Shown one piece after another: positions 9,890-20,015 of a DNA stretch of 64,000 nucleotides. Source of the DNA: Deltaproteobacteria bacterium (GTDB lineage: Bacteria > Bdellovibrionota_C > UBA2361 > JAGFJO01); assembly GCA_024102635.1 (NCBI GenBank), contig JAGFJO010000006.1, positions 45,909 through 109,908 on the forward strand, written 5' to 3'. Within the stretch, counting starts at the first letter, position 1. Each line of letters starts with the position of its first letter. Under the pieces are notes generated by a model. The model had not been told where the DNA came from and ran no database searches. It saw only the letters and a list, made by a program, of their open reading frames with translations. The position numbers and the translations under genes are program-made.

Positions 9890-10216
9890 TCAGTCTTTGC
9901 CCGGCAGTGTCTTCTCTATCTTTTCAAGCTCTGCTACCAACTTCGTCAGCTCATCGCACTGCTTCAGCACAGCATTTAGCGGCTGTCTAAGGCGCGCTTC
10001 CAGTTGTGCCGCGATCCCCGCAACTTCAGAAAGCCCGAAAAATCCCGCGCCGCCTTTTACCATATGAACTGCTCGCGCCAGTTCATCCCAGTCGTCTTGC
10101 TGCTCTCGAGGTGTGGAGACAAGCTCTCTGGCAAAGGCTAAATGGCCAGACAGTTCTTGTAAAAAAAGATGGTAAGCTCGCGTTGCCTGCGGGCCGGACT
10201 TGTTATCAGCTGGCAA
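9890..10216 (-). CDS. histidine phosphotransfer (HPt) domain protein
   Basis: 108 aa with an HPt-type motif HMVKGGAGFFGL. It is 16 bp upstream of the response regulator on the same strand. Confidence 0.65.
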   Translation of the reverse strand: MPADNKSGPQATRAYHLFLQELSGHLAFARELVSTPREQQDDWDELARAVHMVKGGAGFFGLSEVAGIAAQLEARLRQPLNAVLKQCDELTKLVAELEKIEKTLPGKD

Positions 10217-10587
10217 GTTACCCCTCTATCTAAGTCTTTGTTCTATATGATCGGGCGGAATCAGTATGCGCTAAAGCAGAATTGTTCCGTCTACCGACCA
10301 TAGATCGTAAAAAATTAAAGTAAAAATAAAAGCTTAGCTAAGAGGCCCTTGATTCTTAAGCGGCATTGAAGCGTAACTTAGGCAACAGAGGCGAGATGGA
10401 ATGCGGGCCCGCCATCCGTTTAAGGCCTCTATATGGCTTGGGCTTTCCCCCCTACCTTCAAGATAGCTTTGTCTTTCCATATAGCGGCATATATTTTAAA
10501 ACTATAGGAATTATTGGGGCTGCTTAACGTCTAACTCGATAATTCGTGTGTAAGCGAGGTTTCCATTTGATTAAGCGGAAGTAAGTT

Positions 10588-11676
10588 ATGAAAAAGATAT
10601 TGCCAGTTCTTTCAATTGTCGTGATCGCCGGTGCCATTTGGTATTTCGTAACATCCGGGGGAACTCCACCGACTCCGGCCGGCACCAGCTCGGCAGCCGC
10701 AGTGAACTCTAATGTCGATAATGATCCTGCCGCCGGTGCAGCAGCGGTCGCACCGCAGCAAAACTCTTTCCCTGATCTAGTAGGAACCCCTGACGAAGAC
10801 GACGAAGAGGACATAGAAGGTCTTGAGGAGGAGGATGTTCGGCCCGCAACGGAGATTTACAAAACCGCAGACGAAGCTCTATTGGCGGTTAAGAACGCTT
10901 CGAAAAATTATGACGATATAGTGCTCGAACAGTTCTCGGAGATGAGCCCTAACTGCAGCTGGTGTCCGGCCTTTTACACCTCTCTTGCCGAGATGATGAC
11001 CTCGCAGAATAGTACACAAGATGAGCGCAGCTATTACGCCGAGGTGCTTGCAATCAGCGGACGGGTTGATAACGTCAAAACCTTGGTCGAATCAATTAAG
11101 AACGCTGCCAAGCCTGACGATGCCGACCTATATGCTGAAGCTCTTGAGCTTGCATCCGGTAAAGATGATGTCACCACTTACCTAGGAAGCCAGCTCTCCG
11201 GCTCTAATGACACTTTGCGCGAGGCGTTGGTTGCCGCAATCACCAACCAAAGTTCACGTTTGGCTGCAGACATTCTTTATAAACATACCGTTGAGCGGGG
11301 CGATGCCGACGGATACTACTCGGAAGGCATCGGCCTTGGAGAGTTCATTCCCGACGAAGAGGCTATGCCGTTTTTGCAGGAGCTAGTTCTTAAACGCGAC
11401 CAGTATTCTCATCTTGCAGCCAAAGCGCTGCTCAATTCAGGGATTGACGGACTTAGGGTTCTGGCCGACTCCCTCGAGAATTCCAAAGACTACGACTTTG
11501 ATGACAATCTTCTAAAAGATGCCGTAGACCATACGAACTTCGATCCGGAAGTAGAGGAGTACCTGAAGACTTTGCTCAATACCACCAAGAACCCCAGCGT
11601 GAAAAAGTTCGCGCAGGCTTCCCTTGACAGCTTCAGCGAGGAAGATTTCGGGGATGAGGAGGAGGGGGATCTTTAA
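10588..11676 (+). CDS. membrane-anchored acidic HEAT-repeat-like protein, hypothetical
   Basis: N-terminal TM/signal anchor. Asp/Glu-rich segments occur at both ends. The central part has helical repeats resembling PBS-lyase/HEAT repeats. Confidence 0.45.
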   Translation: MKKILPVLSIVVIAGAIWYFVTSGGTPPTPAGTSSAAAVNSNVDNDPAAGAAAVAPQQNSFPDLVGTPDEDDEEDIEGLEEEDVRPATEIYKTADEALLAVKNASKNYDDIVLEQFSEMSPNCSWCPAFYTSLAEMMTSQNSTQDERSYYAEVLAISGRVDNVKTLVESIKNAAKPDDADLYAEALELASGKDDVTTYLGSQLSGSNDTLREALVAAITNQSSRLAADILYKHTVERGDADGYYSEGIGLGEFIPDEEAMPFLQELVLKRDQYSHLAAKALLNSGIDGLRVLADSLENSKDYDFDDNLLKDAVDHTNFDPEVEEYLKTLLNTTKNPSVKKFAQASLDSFSEEDFGDEEEGDL

Positions 11677-11713
11677 TTCCTGCCGCCAATCTATTAAGCG
11701 CATCCGTTCAATA

Positions 11714-12349
11714 CTATTCGGATAGAGCGATCGGCTGACACGGACTATGATTCCAAAGAACAGCTCGCCAGCTGCCGCTCGAAGGGTCGAGCTGCAGCGC
11801 GCAAAGATGGCCGGTCGATACCTTTCCTAGCTTCATGCTTGGCCCGCGCTCTTCGGAGACCAATTGCGATATCGCGTTCAGCACTCCGTTGCTGGTAACC
11901 GCCAATGAGTCTTGGTTTAGTGCTCTTACCTTATCGAGCCACCTGCGGCGCTCCTCTATGAAGTCTTTTTCTCTCACCGGAAAAATCTCCTCCGGCCACT
12001 TTCTGGACTCTTGCCATTGCCGATAACGCTCCGGCCACTTAGCTGCTATGCTGTCGGAGGTTAGGCCTTCCCACTCGCCGTAATCCAGCTCATCGAGCGC
12101 AGAGCACCGTTCAATCCCGATGTTAAGGCCGAGCCGCTTTACTATCTCGCCGGCAGTCTCGGCTTGCCGCTTCAGATTGCCGCACATTACTGCCTGCGGC
12201 TTGAAACCGAAATCACGCAGAGCATCACCGGCCTCGATAGCTTGCTGCCTCCCACGCGCTGTGAGAGGAAGGTCGCTTCTTAAACCGGCCATCCTTGGCG
12301 CTTCATTCTCCTCAAAAGTATTGCCGTGGCGGGCTAAAAATAGCAGCAC
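11714..12349 (-). CDS. histidine phosphatase family protein (phosphoglycerate mutase-like)
   Basis: N-terminal LFLARHGNT (RHG catalytic motif). 211 aa. Confidence 0.75.
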   Translation of the reverse strand: MLLFLARHGNTFEENEAPRMAGLRSDLPLTARGRQQAIEAGDALRDFGFKPQAVMCGNLKRQAETAGEIVKRLGLNIGIERCSALDELDYGEWEGLTSDSIAAKWPERYRQWQESRKWPEEIFPVREKDFIEERRRWLDKVRALNQDSLAVTSNGVLNAISQLVSEERGPSMKLGKVSTGHLCALQLDPSSGSWRAVLWNHSPCQPIALSE

Positions 12350-12372
12350 TATCGTCCCTCAACGCAGATCAT

Positions 12373-13158
12373 TCAATTAATAATCTCGCCTTCAGTATCG
12401 ATGATCTTCTCCACTATGGCGATATCTTCCGGATTATCTACGGAAGCATGGGTTCGTCCCCGATAATCCACCTCCACCACCCGTATCGGTATGCCGTTCT
12501 CTAAAGCACGAAGCTGCTCGAGCTTTTCAAGTTTCTCAAGCCGGCCTTCCTCCAGCGAAGCGAATTTTTGTAGAACTTCCGGACGGTAGCAGTATAGCCC
12601 TATGTGACGCAGCAGATCAGTTCTGGCATTTTCATCCCGGCAGTAGGGAATTATCCCCTTTGAAAAATAGAGCGCGTTGCCCTTTGCGTCGGTCACGACA
12701 GTAGTACCGGTACTGGACCCTGAGCGCTTATGCGTCACAAAGTCATGCAAGGCCTGGCCGTTCAGCCGCACCGCAGGGGTGGTGATTTGGATCGCCGAAT
12801 CGGCAGCAAATGCCGTGAGGACTTCATCAATTACCCAGGGAGGAAGCAGCACAGCATCACCTTGTAACGAGACGACTGCGTCAGCCGGGAAATTGAGCGC
12901 TGCATAGGCCTCAGCAACTCGATCAGTGCCGGTACGGCAATCGGGGGATGTCATTATGACCGAAGCTCCGAGCGATTCGGCGAACTGCGCCACATCTTGG
13001 CTGTCGGTGGCCACTGCCAGCTTCGCCTGGTGTGATATGGACGAGGCAATGCGCCACACTCGCTCAAGCATTGCCACTCCCTTTATATGAACCAGCGGCT
13101 TACCTGGAAATCGCGTGGAAGCAGAACGGGCCGGCATGATAATAGCGGTTCTCATCAT
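12373..13158 (-). CDS. kdsB: 3-deoxy-manno-octulosonate cytidylyltransferase (CMP-Kdo synthetase)
   Basis: IIMPARSASTRFPGKPL N-terminal motif. 261 aa. Confidence 0.9.
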   Translation of the reverse strand: MMRTAIIMPARSASTRFPGKPLVHIKGVAMLERVWRIASSISHQAKLAVATDSQDVAQFAESLGASVIMTSPDCRTGTDRVAEAYAALNFPADAVVSLQGDAVLLPPWVIDEVLTAFAADSAIQITTPAVRLNGQALHDFVTHKRSGSSTGTTVVTDAKGNALYFSKGIIPYCRDENARTDLLRHIGLYCYRPEVLQKFASLEEGRLEKLEKLEQLRALENGIPIRVVEVDYRGRTHASVDNPEDIAIVEKIIDTEGEIIN

Positions 13159-13218
13159 AACCGGCTATTAATAGCACTTTTGGCTAATCTTATACAGTGA
13201 GATATCCGTAACGGGCTT

Positions 13219-13238
13219 AACGGGCATTAATGCCCGTT
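13219..13238. repeat. perfect 20-bp palindrome AACGGGCATTAATGCCCGTT between a hypothetical ORF and kdsB
   Basis: Read directly from the sequence. It is preceded by a partial direct repeat AACGGGCTTAACGGGCATTA. No U-tract follows on either strand. Confidence 0.5.
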
Positions 13239-13272
13239 GTAACGCAATCCGCCTTTGCAGGCATATTCGCTT

Positions 13273-13689
13273 TTAATCTTGATATAGATCCGCCTTCTCC
13301 GGATGCGTCCCGCTTATCATGGATGAGATGATTGATTCGCTATCGAGCTGTATCAGCAGGCTTGACCCGCGAATCAAATCGACATGACGTCTGACTTGAT
13401 CCCAATTCTGATCAGCTAAATGCCTGCTCAAAGCTTGCGCCAGAACTTTTTGCTTATGCAGCACTTCTTCATAACACTTAAGGCGCTGTACTATATCATG
13501 ACGCGGCTCGCTGCCGTGTTGCAGTGTTTTCTTGGTCTCCTCAATAACCTGCTCCAGGTTGGTGAGAGACGAGAACAGCTCGTCTATAATTGGATGTGGC
13601 ATGACAACCTCTTCTGCATTAGCGCGAACTTTTATGACACCAGTTAAGCTCTGCGCCGTAGTAATATAGTATAGTCGGAGCTGCCACAC
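13273..13689 (-). CDS. hypothetical protein (probable true start at internal Met, ~13602)
   Basis: ORF only. Predicted helical, with no recognisable domain. Confidence 0.35.
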   Translation of the reverse strand: MWQLRLYYITTAQSLTGVIKVRANAEEVVMPHPIIDELFSSLTNLEQVIEETKKTLQHGSEPRHDIVQRLKCYEEVLHKQKVLAQALSRHLADQNWDQVRRHVDLIRGSSLLIQLDSESIISSMISGTHPEKADLYQD

Positions 13690-13816
13690 GGGCTGCTCCT
13701 GATGAATTTTAAGGTAATCCTCATTGCTCCCTCGATTAGGTAAGAAAATTTCGCAGGAACTGCGGGTTTCTGTTGGTAAGCTGGACCTTTAGTTTCGTAG
13801 GAGATAGTTTAATAAG

Positions 13817-14506
13817 ATGATTATAGTGCGGCCCTCCAGCGAACGCGGACATGCCAATTACGGCTGGCTAGATACATACCACTCGTTTTCATTCGGGTCA
13901 TATTTTAGCCGCCACCATATGGGATTCCGCTCCTTGCGAGTGATAAACGAAGATTACGTGGCACCAATGTCCGGTTTTGAAACCCATCCTCATCAAAATA
14001 TGGAGATATTCACTTACATGGTGTCGGGCACTCTTCATCATCGAGACAGCATGGGAAAAGAGTCTTATTTGCAGCCGGGGCAAGTTCAGCTCATATCTGC
14101 CGGAAGTGGAATCACCCATAGTGAGCACAATAGTGATCAGCATGAATCAGTCCATCTACTTCAAGTTTGGATTAAGCCCGAACAGTTGAATATAGAGCCC
14201 AGCTATCAAGAGAAGAAGGTTGATGTAGCGGATAGACTATCACTGATAGCTTCTTTCGATGGCAGAAATGAATCTCTAATAATTCGGCAGCGCGCTTCCA
14301 TTTACGCCGCCAACTTCCTCGCTCCGCAAAATATTCAGCTCGATCTTGAAAATGGAGAACACGCCTGGGTGCAAGTCATTTCCGGAGAGATAGAAGTTTT
14401 TGAAACTTCGCTGCACGCCGGAGACGGCGCTGCCATTTCAGGCGTGCGGTCCATACCACTGAAATGCCGGGAAGAAGCTCACTTCTTGCTCTTTGATCTT
14501 CTTTAG
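13817..14506 (+). CDS. pirin family protein
   Basis: Cupin metal-binding motif HPHQNMEIFTYMVSG. 229 aa. Confidence 0.85.
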   Translation: MIIVRPSSERGHANYGWLDTYHSFSFGSYFSRHHMGFRSLRVINEDYVAPMSGFETHPHQNMEIFTYMVSGTLHHRDSMGKESYLQPGQVQLISAGSGITHSEHNSDQHESVHLLQVWIKPEQLNIEPSYQEKKVDVADRLSLIASFDGRNESLIIRQRASIYAANFLAPQNIQLDLENGEHAWVQVISGEIEVFETSLHAGDGAAISGVRSIPLKCREEAHFLLFDLL

Positions 14507-14590
14507 CTTAGTGCGATTAGCTTAGTGCGAACCACTGATTTCTATTTCATGCACTTTTGATTGATGAAAGCAGCGCGTCTAAGAGACGTG

Positions 14591-15061
14591 TTAATTAATA
14601 ACTTCTGCCTGCGGCATCTCCAGCGGCGCTGCCGGTGGCGCACCCTCCCCGGATTCAGGTGATGACGGCTCCTTCATAATTTCACTCAAAATCTCCTCGA
14701 CCACAGCGCTATCGGGGCCGGGAGCGGCAGGCGCCTGAATCCCGACTCGCGGCAATGCCAGTTTTTTATTGTCGGCGCCCGACATAACTGCACCCGAACG
14801 GTCGTCATACCAAGAAAAAACCTTGCCTTCATGAAAGGTAACCTGCGACTTTCCATACCACCAAATCTCTCGTCTCTTTGATTCTTGCTCTTCAATCTCC
14901 TTCGGGGCACCCCATAACCGTATGACGTCATGATGGCCGATACCGATTTCCAACGGTGGATTGCGCGGCTCAGCACGCAACGCACCGTAGCTCGCCATAA
15001 GTAGAGCAACGGATACGCAGGCAGCTATGCAGGGCATAAACAGATCTGCAAGCTTAGACAT
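14591..15061 (-). CDS. secreted hypothetical protein
   Basis: N-terminal signal peptide and a Pro/Ala-rich C-terminus. Convergent with pirin. Confidence 0.4.
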   Translation of the reverse strand: MSKLADLFMPCIAACVSVALLMASYGALRAEPRNPPLEIGIGHHDVIRLWGAPKEIEEQESKRREIWWYGKSQVTFHEGKVFSWYDDRSGAVMSGADNKKLALPRVGIQAPAAPGPDSAVVEEILSEIMKEPSSPESGEGAPPAAPLEMPQAEVIN

Positions 15062-15169
15062 AATAATTTCTCCATTTCCACATGCGGTGCTTGGAGTACA
15101 GCTACGTTAGCTATACTTTAGCCGAAGGACTTATTGACGAATTTTACAATATAGCCAAGAGTGTAAGCA

Positions 15170-16633
15170 ATGACTAATGCCTTCTTGCGAGACATGAGCC
15201 GTCTCTACTTTGATCACCGCTTATTCTTAGCGTGCGCTGCAGCCTTCTTGCTTCCGCTCAAGCTTTCCTGGGCCTTAGCCGTAATCGTTCCGATCTGCCT
15301 TTTAGAAATACTATCCGGTTTTCCGGCCATGGCGGAGTTACTAAAGACTCCAGCCATGTACCATGTAAAAGTTTTCGTGGCCTGGTGCGGATGGGCGGTA
15401 TGCAGCTCAATTTTCGGAATAGATCCTTTCAATAGTCTGCATGGAGCTCTTTCACTGGCATTTTTCTCGGTGTTAATATTCTTCACTTTCAGCGTGGCGG
15501 CCCAGTTTGGCCCCGACAGAATTCTATTTGCGCTTCTGCTCGGACAGTCTATAGCTGCAATGCATTCCATCCTAAATTCGGCTTACCCTGGGCTTGCTCC
15601 GAAATTGTTTGTCGGTAAGGTTACGGAATCCGGGCAATTGGCGATAAGCGTTGTGCTGGCGATCGGAATGCTTTGCTATCTAAATCAAAAAATCATACGG
15701 AATAGCGGAGCTAACGGCAGTGGTCTTCTGATATTCAGCGACCTATGGAGAATATCGAAGCGAAAAGCGCTTTTCGCTTTCATGCTGCTCAGTGCGCTTC
15801 TGACTGCTTTTGCCGCATACTCGGATCGTCTCGCCGGGCTGCGCGCCTTTTTTGCTTTGCTGCTAATAACAGCCCTCGCAATGAATCTTATAAATCTCCG
15901 CAGCATCTACAAACGCACTGCCGGCCTCGACTACGCCAGGGTGTTTGCAATATCTAATATAATCCTGCCGCTGTGCATAACCGCACTACTGGCGAATATG
16001 AAACGCGGCCCTTGGGCCGGAGCAGCCGCCGGCTCTTTGATTTTGCTATGTCTCTATTCACGGAAATTAATAGCACCTAGTTTAGTAATCGCAGTAGTTC
16101 TTTTCGGCACTCTCGCACCGGTGAAAGAACGGCTGGAACAGTCCGCTGAGCATTTTTATATACATGGCGGGCGTAAAGCGATCTGGGACATCGGCGCCGA
16201 GCTCGGCTCCCACTATCCCCTCGGCATAGGGTATGAAAACAGTCCTGTGTTGCGCGACTTTTCTACCGAAATTCCGAACGAGCTGCGGCATTTCCATAAT
16301 AACTTTCTGAACATCTGGGTCGAAACGGGATGGATAGGACTTTTCATTTTCACCTGGTGGCTGGCCGTCGTAATTCGCCAGGCTTGGAAAGATTACGGGC
16401 CGGCCCACTACTCGGTCTTATCAAGGGGGTTAGCATGCTGCCTCATCTCTTGGCAAATCGCCGGGCTGGTTGAATACAATTTTGGAGATTCCGAAGTTTT
16501 ATTGGTGGTATTTTTGCTGCTAGGAGTTCTTGCTGCAATTGAGAGGCGCGGCAAGGCAGCGACCGTGATACGTGAGAGCAGCGTGCCTGCCTTTGTCAGT
16601 GCTCCGGAGAGGGCTCCGGCCGCATCGGCATAG
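15170..16633 (+). CDS. O-antigen ligase / Wzy_C-domain polytopic membrane protein
   Basis: About 10-12 TM segments and a periplasmic-loop motif HNNFLNIWVETGWIGLFIF typical of WaaL/Wzy_C. Confidence 0.7.
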   Translation: MTNAFLRDMSRLYFDHRLFLACAAAFLLPLKLSWALAVIVPICLLEILSGFPAMAELLKTPAMYHVKVFVAWCGWAVCSSIFGIDPFNSLHGALSLAFFSVLIFFTFSVAAQFGPDRILFALLLGQSIAAMHSILNSAYPGLAPKLFVGKVTESGQLAISVVLAIGMLCYLNQKIIRNSGANGSGLLIFSDLWRISKRKALFAFMLLSALLTAFAAYSDRLAGLRAFFALLLITALAMNLINLRSIYKRTAGLDYARVFAISNIILPLCITALLANMKRGPWAGAAAGSLILLCLYSRKLIAPSLVIAVVLFGTLAPVKERLEQSAEHFYIHGGRKAIWDIGAELGSHYPLGIGYENSPVLRDFSTEIPNELRHFHNNFLNIWVETGWIGLFIFTWWLAVVIRQAWKDYGPAHYSVLSRGLACCLISWQIAGLVEYNFGDSEVLLVVFLLLGVLAAIERRGKAATVIRESSVPAFVSAPERAPAASA

Positions 16634-16694
16634 TGCCTTCTAACGCCCGGTTTTTTTGCAGTTTCACAAGCGTTACCCCATATTCCAAGATGAA

Positions 16695-17669
16695 CTACCT
16701 AACGACGCGGCGCATCATTGCTATCTCCTGCTGCAGCTGCCCGCGGACGATATTAATATCCGATCGGATATCAGAAAGTTCATGCACCATAACTGCAGCC
16801 CGCACCCTCGACCTTAGCTCGGCAATTTTTTGCTGAACGCTGCTACTATCCTCGGGGTTGAGTTCGGCACCGGGCGCCTGTCTTGTATATTTTTGATACA
16901 AGGCATTGCGAGACGCCAGTAGGCTCTCGAGGCTGGTAACATCCCGCAGGATGCGCGCGCTCAATGCACGGACCGCGTTTGAGCGAGTTTGTTCGAGATT
17001 TGCAGGGATACGCGGCGCGCTTTCGGGCGCAATGGCCACAGCCGGCGCAACCAATCTGTCTTGTGTAACAAGCGAGCGCGACTGAGAGGCAGAAGCCGGC
17101 CCCGCTGATGATACTACCACGGTTTTTTCCTGGCTCTCCGCGGCCTCAAGCTTGACTTGCAGCGCCTCGATTTCCTGCTGTTTTTTCTCTAAAATCGACT
17201 TGAGACTACTTATCTCGGATTGTGCCTCTCCGAGGGTCTTCTGCATGGAAGCCAGTTTTACGTCATAGTCGGTTTTCTGATCGTCTAAGCGGCCTTCGCA
17301 TGCTGTAACCCGCCGCTCACACTCCTGCTTGGCGGCCAAGGCTGCGGCACTTGAGCTGCCCTCTGCGCTCTTTGACGGTATATCTTTCTCACTCAACCGG
17401 GGCGCTTGACCGCTTTTTTGCAGGCTGGCCATTACTGCCTGCCGCTCGCGAGCTTCACTTTCTAAACCCTGCACCTGGCGCTGCAAACTTTCGATAGTAA
17501 GCTCCAACTCGGCTACATAGTCGACAAGCTGCACTCCATCTTCATCAGTTCTATAAGCCCGACCGTCAGGCAACCGGCCGCGAGCATCATCTTCAGCTCG
17601 AGCAGCCGGCAGCTGAAATAACAGCGCCGCAATAATTCCGAAACACAGATTTAGTTTTTTTAATTCCAT
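16695..17669 (-). CDS. secreted coiled-coil protein, hypothetical
   Basis: Signal peptide followed by long heptad-like Gln/Glu/Leu-rich segments. Confidence 0.45.
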   Translation of the reverse strand: MELKKLNLCFGIIAALLFQLPAARAEDDARGRLPDGRAYRTDEDGVQLVDYVAELELTIESLQRQVQGLESEARERQAVMASLQKSGQAPRLSEKDIPSKSAEGSSSAAALAAKQECERRVTACEGRLDDQKTDYDVKLASMQKTLGEAQSEISSLKSILEKKQQEIEALQVKLEAAESQEKTVVVSSAGPASASQSRSLVTQDRLVAPAVAIAPESAPRIPANLEQTRSNAVRALSARILRDVTSLESLLASRNALYQKYTRQAPGAELNPEDSSSVQQKIAELRSRVRAAVMVHELSDIRSDINIVRGQLQQEIAMMRRVVR

Positions 17670-17784
17670 ACCGAGCTCCCTTCAGCGCCGCTCATGGGCC
17701 GACGAGTTACCGGCCCTTACGACTCCCCTTCTTTAGGATATAGCAGGTCAGAGGGTATGGAAAAAGATTATTCTGAAACGCCGT

Positions 17785-18783
17785 TCAGCGCTGCGCATCC
17801 GTAGCTTCAAACAAAGCCGATCCCCAACTCAACCCTGCTCCGACAACAGCTACTGCAAGCCGCTGCCCGGGCTGGATCTCATTCCAGTGCATAGATATGA
17901 CCGCTGGAGCTCCGGCGCCCGCCTGATTCCCTATCTGGGTAACGTTGTGCCAGTGGTTGCTCTCGGGAATCTCGCGATTATTTGTGATCTGGTCAAGCAT
18001 GGTCTTGTTGGCTTGATGTCCAACGAAAAGGTCTTTCGTCCAATCTATTGAATGCTTTACCTCAAGAGCTTTAATAAGACGTACCGTCTGCCGAACGGAG
18101 AAGTCGCGCACTGCCCGGCCGTCCTGCTTGAAATGTCCGTAAGTGTTAACTACCACTGCATCTGCCCTGCTTGGATCAGCTGCGAAAAAGGTCTCAAGCA
18201 CCTTCAGCTTTCCCCTATGTCTTGGAGATACCACCCATGCAGCGGCGCCATCTCCCCAAATCGCTCCATCAGAGCGATCATTATAGTCAACGTGCTGAGT
18301 TAAAGTGGCGGTCGAAACGCATAACACAAAATCGGGGAGCATCTCCTCCTTGAAACTGTTAAGCAAATTCAGGTGCAATGCAAAAGCCGGACAAGCTGAA
18401 AATACATCATAAGCTTGCCCGCGAACGCCAAGGCGTTGCGCGATTCTTTGTGCCTCCGAGGGGGTGGTTTGATTTGGAGCGCAACAGTTTGTAATTACTA
18501 GCCCTACCTGCTCGGCTCCCACTCCGGCCTGCTTAAGAGCCATCTCGCCGGCCTTCGCCCCCAAATCTGTTGGGGACATCGATGCTACCTCAATGGCGGC
18601 GCGTGGGTCCTGATTTCGCGTTTCCTTGATGTAGTCGAGAGGCAGAGTCGAAAGCCGGGTGACAATTCCGATTTTTTCGAGTATCCAAGCCTCATTGGTG
18701 CCGACATCTAGCTCTTCAATGAACTTGTTGTCGATTACTGTGTCCGGATGAGCATGACCCATCCCAAGTATGTGCAAAGCCAC
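17785..18783 (-). CDS. fabH: 3-oxoacyl-ACP synthase III family (KAS III)
   Basis: Catalytic triad context is conserved: DVFSACPAF (Cys), VGHQANKTM (His), GNQAGAG (Asn). 332 aa. Confidence 0.75.
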   Translation of the reverse strand: MALHILGMGHAHPDTVIDNKFIEELDVGTNEAWILEKIGIVTRLSTLPLDYIKETRNQDPRAAIEVASMSPTDLGAKAGEMALKQAGVGAEQVGLVITNCCAPNQTTPSEAQRIAQRLGVRGQAYDVFSACPAFALHLNLLNSFKEEMLPDFVLCVSTATLTQHVDYNDRSDGAIWGDGAAAWVVSPRHRGKLKVLETFFAADPSRADAVVVNTYGHFKQDGRAVRDFSVRQTVRLIKALEVKHSIDWTKDLFVGHQANKTMLDQITNNREIPESNHWHNVTQIGNQAGAGAPAVISMHWNEIQPGQRLAVAVVGAGLSWGSALFEATDAQR

Positions 18784-19140
18784 TTCTCCTCCCTGTAAAT
18801 AATTAGGGAAATAATAGGGGCCAGATGCCGTTTATATCTATGAACATTCATCCGGCTAAAGGCAGCTGAATTATAGCACTTTTACTTAAGTTATCCCAAA
18901 TCCGCCGGCCTCCGTTCTATACCGCCTTCCAAAAGTGCCCGTTTAGCGTCTAAGTCTCTTAAATGGCAGCTGTTTCTTCTTGCTGGTGAGATTTGAATCA
19001 GTCAGTTCTTCTGCATGCATAATCAATTTCCCCCTTGCCCGGCACACAAACCAAGCGCGGTATTCGGTTACGAGTGCCGAGCCGGGAGAGATGTCATATA
19101 CTATCGCGGCCTCAGATGGCGAAACTGCGCAGATTCAAAA

Positions 19141-19992
19141 ATGGCTTCATTAAAATTTAGATTTTCCTGGCGGGTCACTATCGTATGCGGAGTTTTGGCG
19201 GCCTTAATGGTGCGAGCATCCTTTTGGCAATGGGATAGGCATCTGCAAAAAAAAGCGTACATTGAGTCCATCGAAAACCGTTTACAACTTCCGGTTGTAG
19301 ACATACATGAGCTGTTCCCGGTGATTAATCGCGCGCCGGACGAAGTAGCTTACCGAAGGGTTACCATTACCGGCCGCTATGACTTCGAGCATGAAATGGT
19401 ACTACGAAACCGGCGGCATGATGAGATGCCGGGGGTTTTCGTAATAACACCGCTTAAGATTGACGGAACAGATAGCTACCTACTTGTTAGCCGGGGATTT
19501 CTGCCGCTAACCTATTCCTCTCCTGAAAAAAGGCGTCAGTTCCGCCACACGCCATCGGTAAGCATCGTTGCTCTCTTAAAAGAGGGGGCGAGCAGGAAGA
19601 TTTTCGCTCCGGCGGACCCGCCGGCGGGCGACGGGAATCCTTGGGTAGACGCTTGGCTCAGAGTTGATGTCGAAAACATGTCTAAACAACTCCCTTATCG
19701 GGCCCTGCCTATCTATGCCGAAGTGATGAGCGACGTACATGGAGAAGATGCTGCTCAAAAGATCGTTTCGTCAAAATCTGGGCGCGATGAGATCTTCAAC
19801 CTGAGCGGACGGGTTGATATCAGCCGCCCCCAACCGATTGAAAACATAAGCGACTATCCGATTCCGGTGTTCGATACCGTTGTTCCTCCCGGGCGTCATT
19901 TCGGTTACGTCTTTGAATGGGCGATTATGGCTTTGATTACATTGGGGATTGCAATTGTTTTGCAACTTCGGCGCCCCCTGCCGGCATCATAA
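19141..19992 (+). CDS. SURF1 family protein
   Basis: N-terminal TM followed by RASFWQWDRHLQKKAYIE (SURF1 LGxWQxxRxxWK-like), and a C-terminal TM. The track ORF starts at 19015; the internal Met at 19141 is preferred. Confidence 0.6.
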   Translation: MASLKFRFSWRVTIVCGVLAALMVRASFWQWDRHLQKKAYIESIENRLQLPVVDIHELFPVINRAPDEVAYRRVTITGRYDFEHEMVLRNRRHDEMPGVFVITPLKIDGTDSYLLVSRGFLPLTYSSPEKRRQFRHTPSVSIVALLKEGASRKIFAPADPPAGDGNPWVDAWLRVDVENMSKQLPYRALPIYAEVMSDVHGEDAAQKIVSSKSGRDEIFNLSGRVDISRPQPIENISDYPIPVFDTVVPPGRHFGYVFEWAIMALITLGIAIVLQLRRPLPAS

Positions 19993-20015
19993 CTGAGAGT
20001 GGCGCGAGAAATAGT

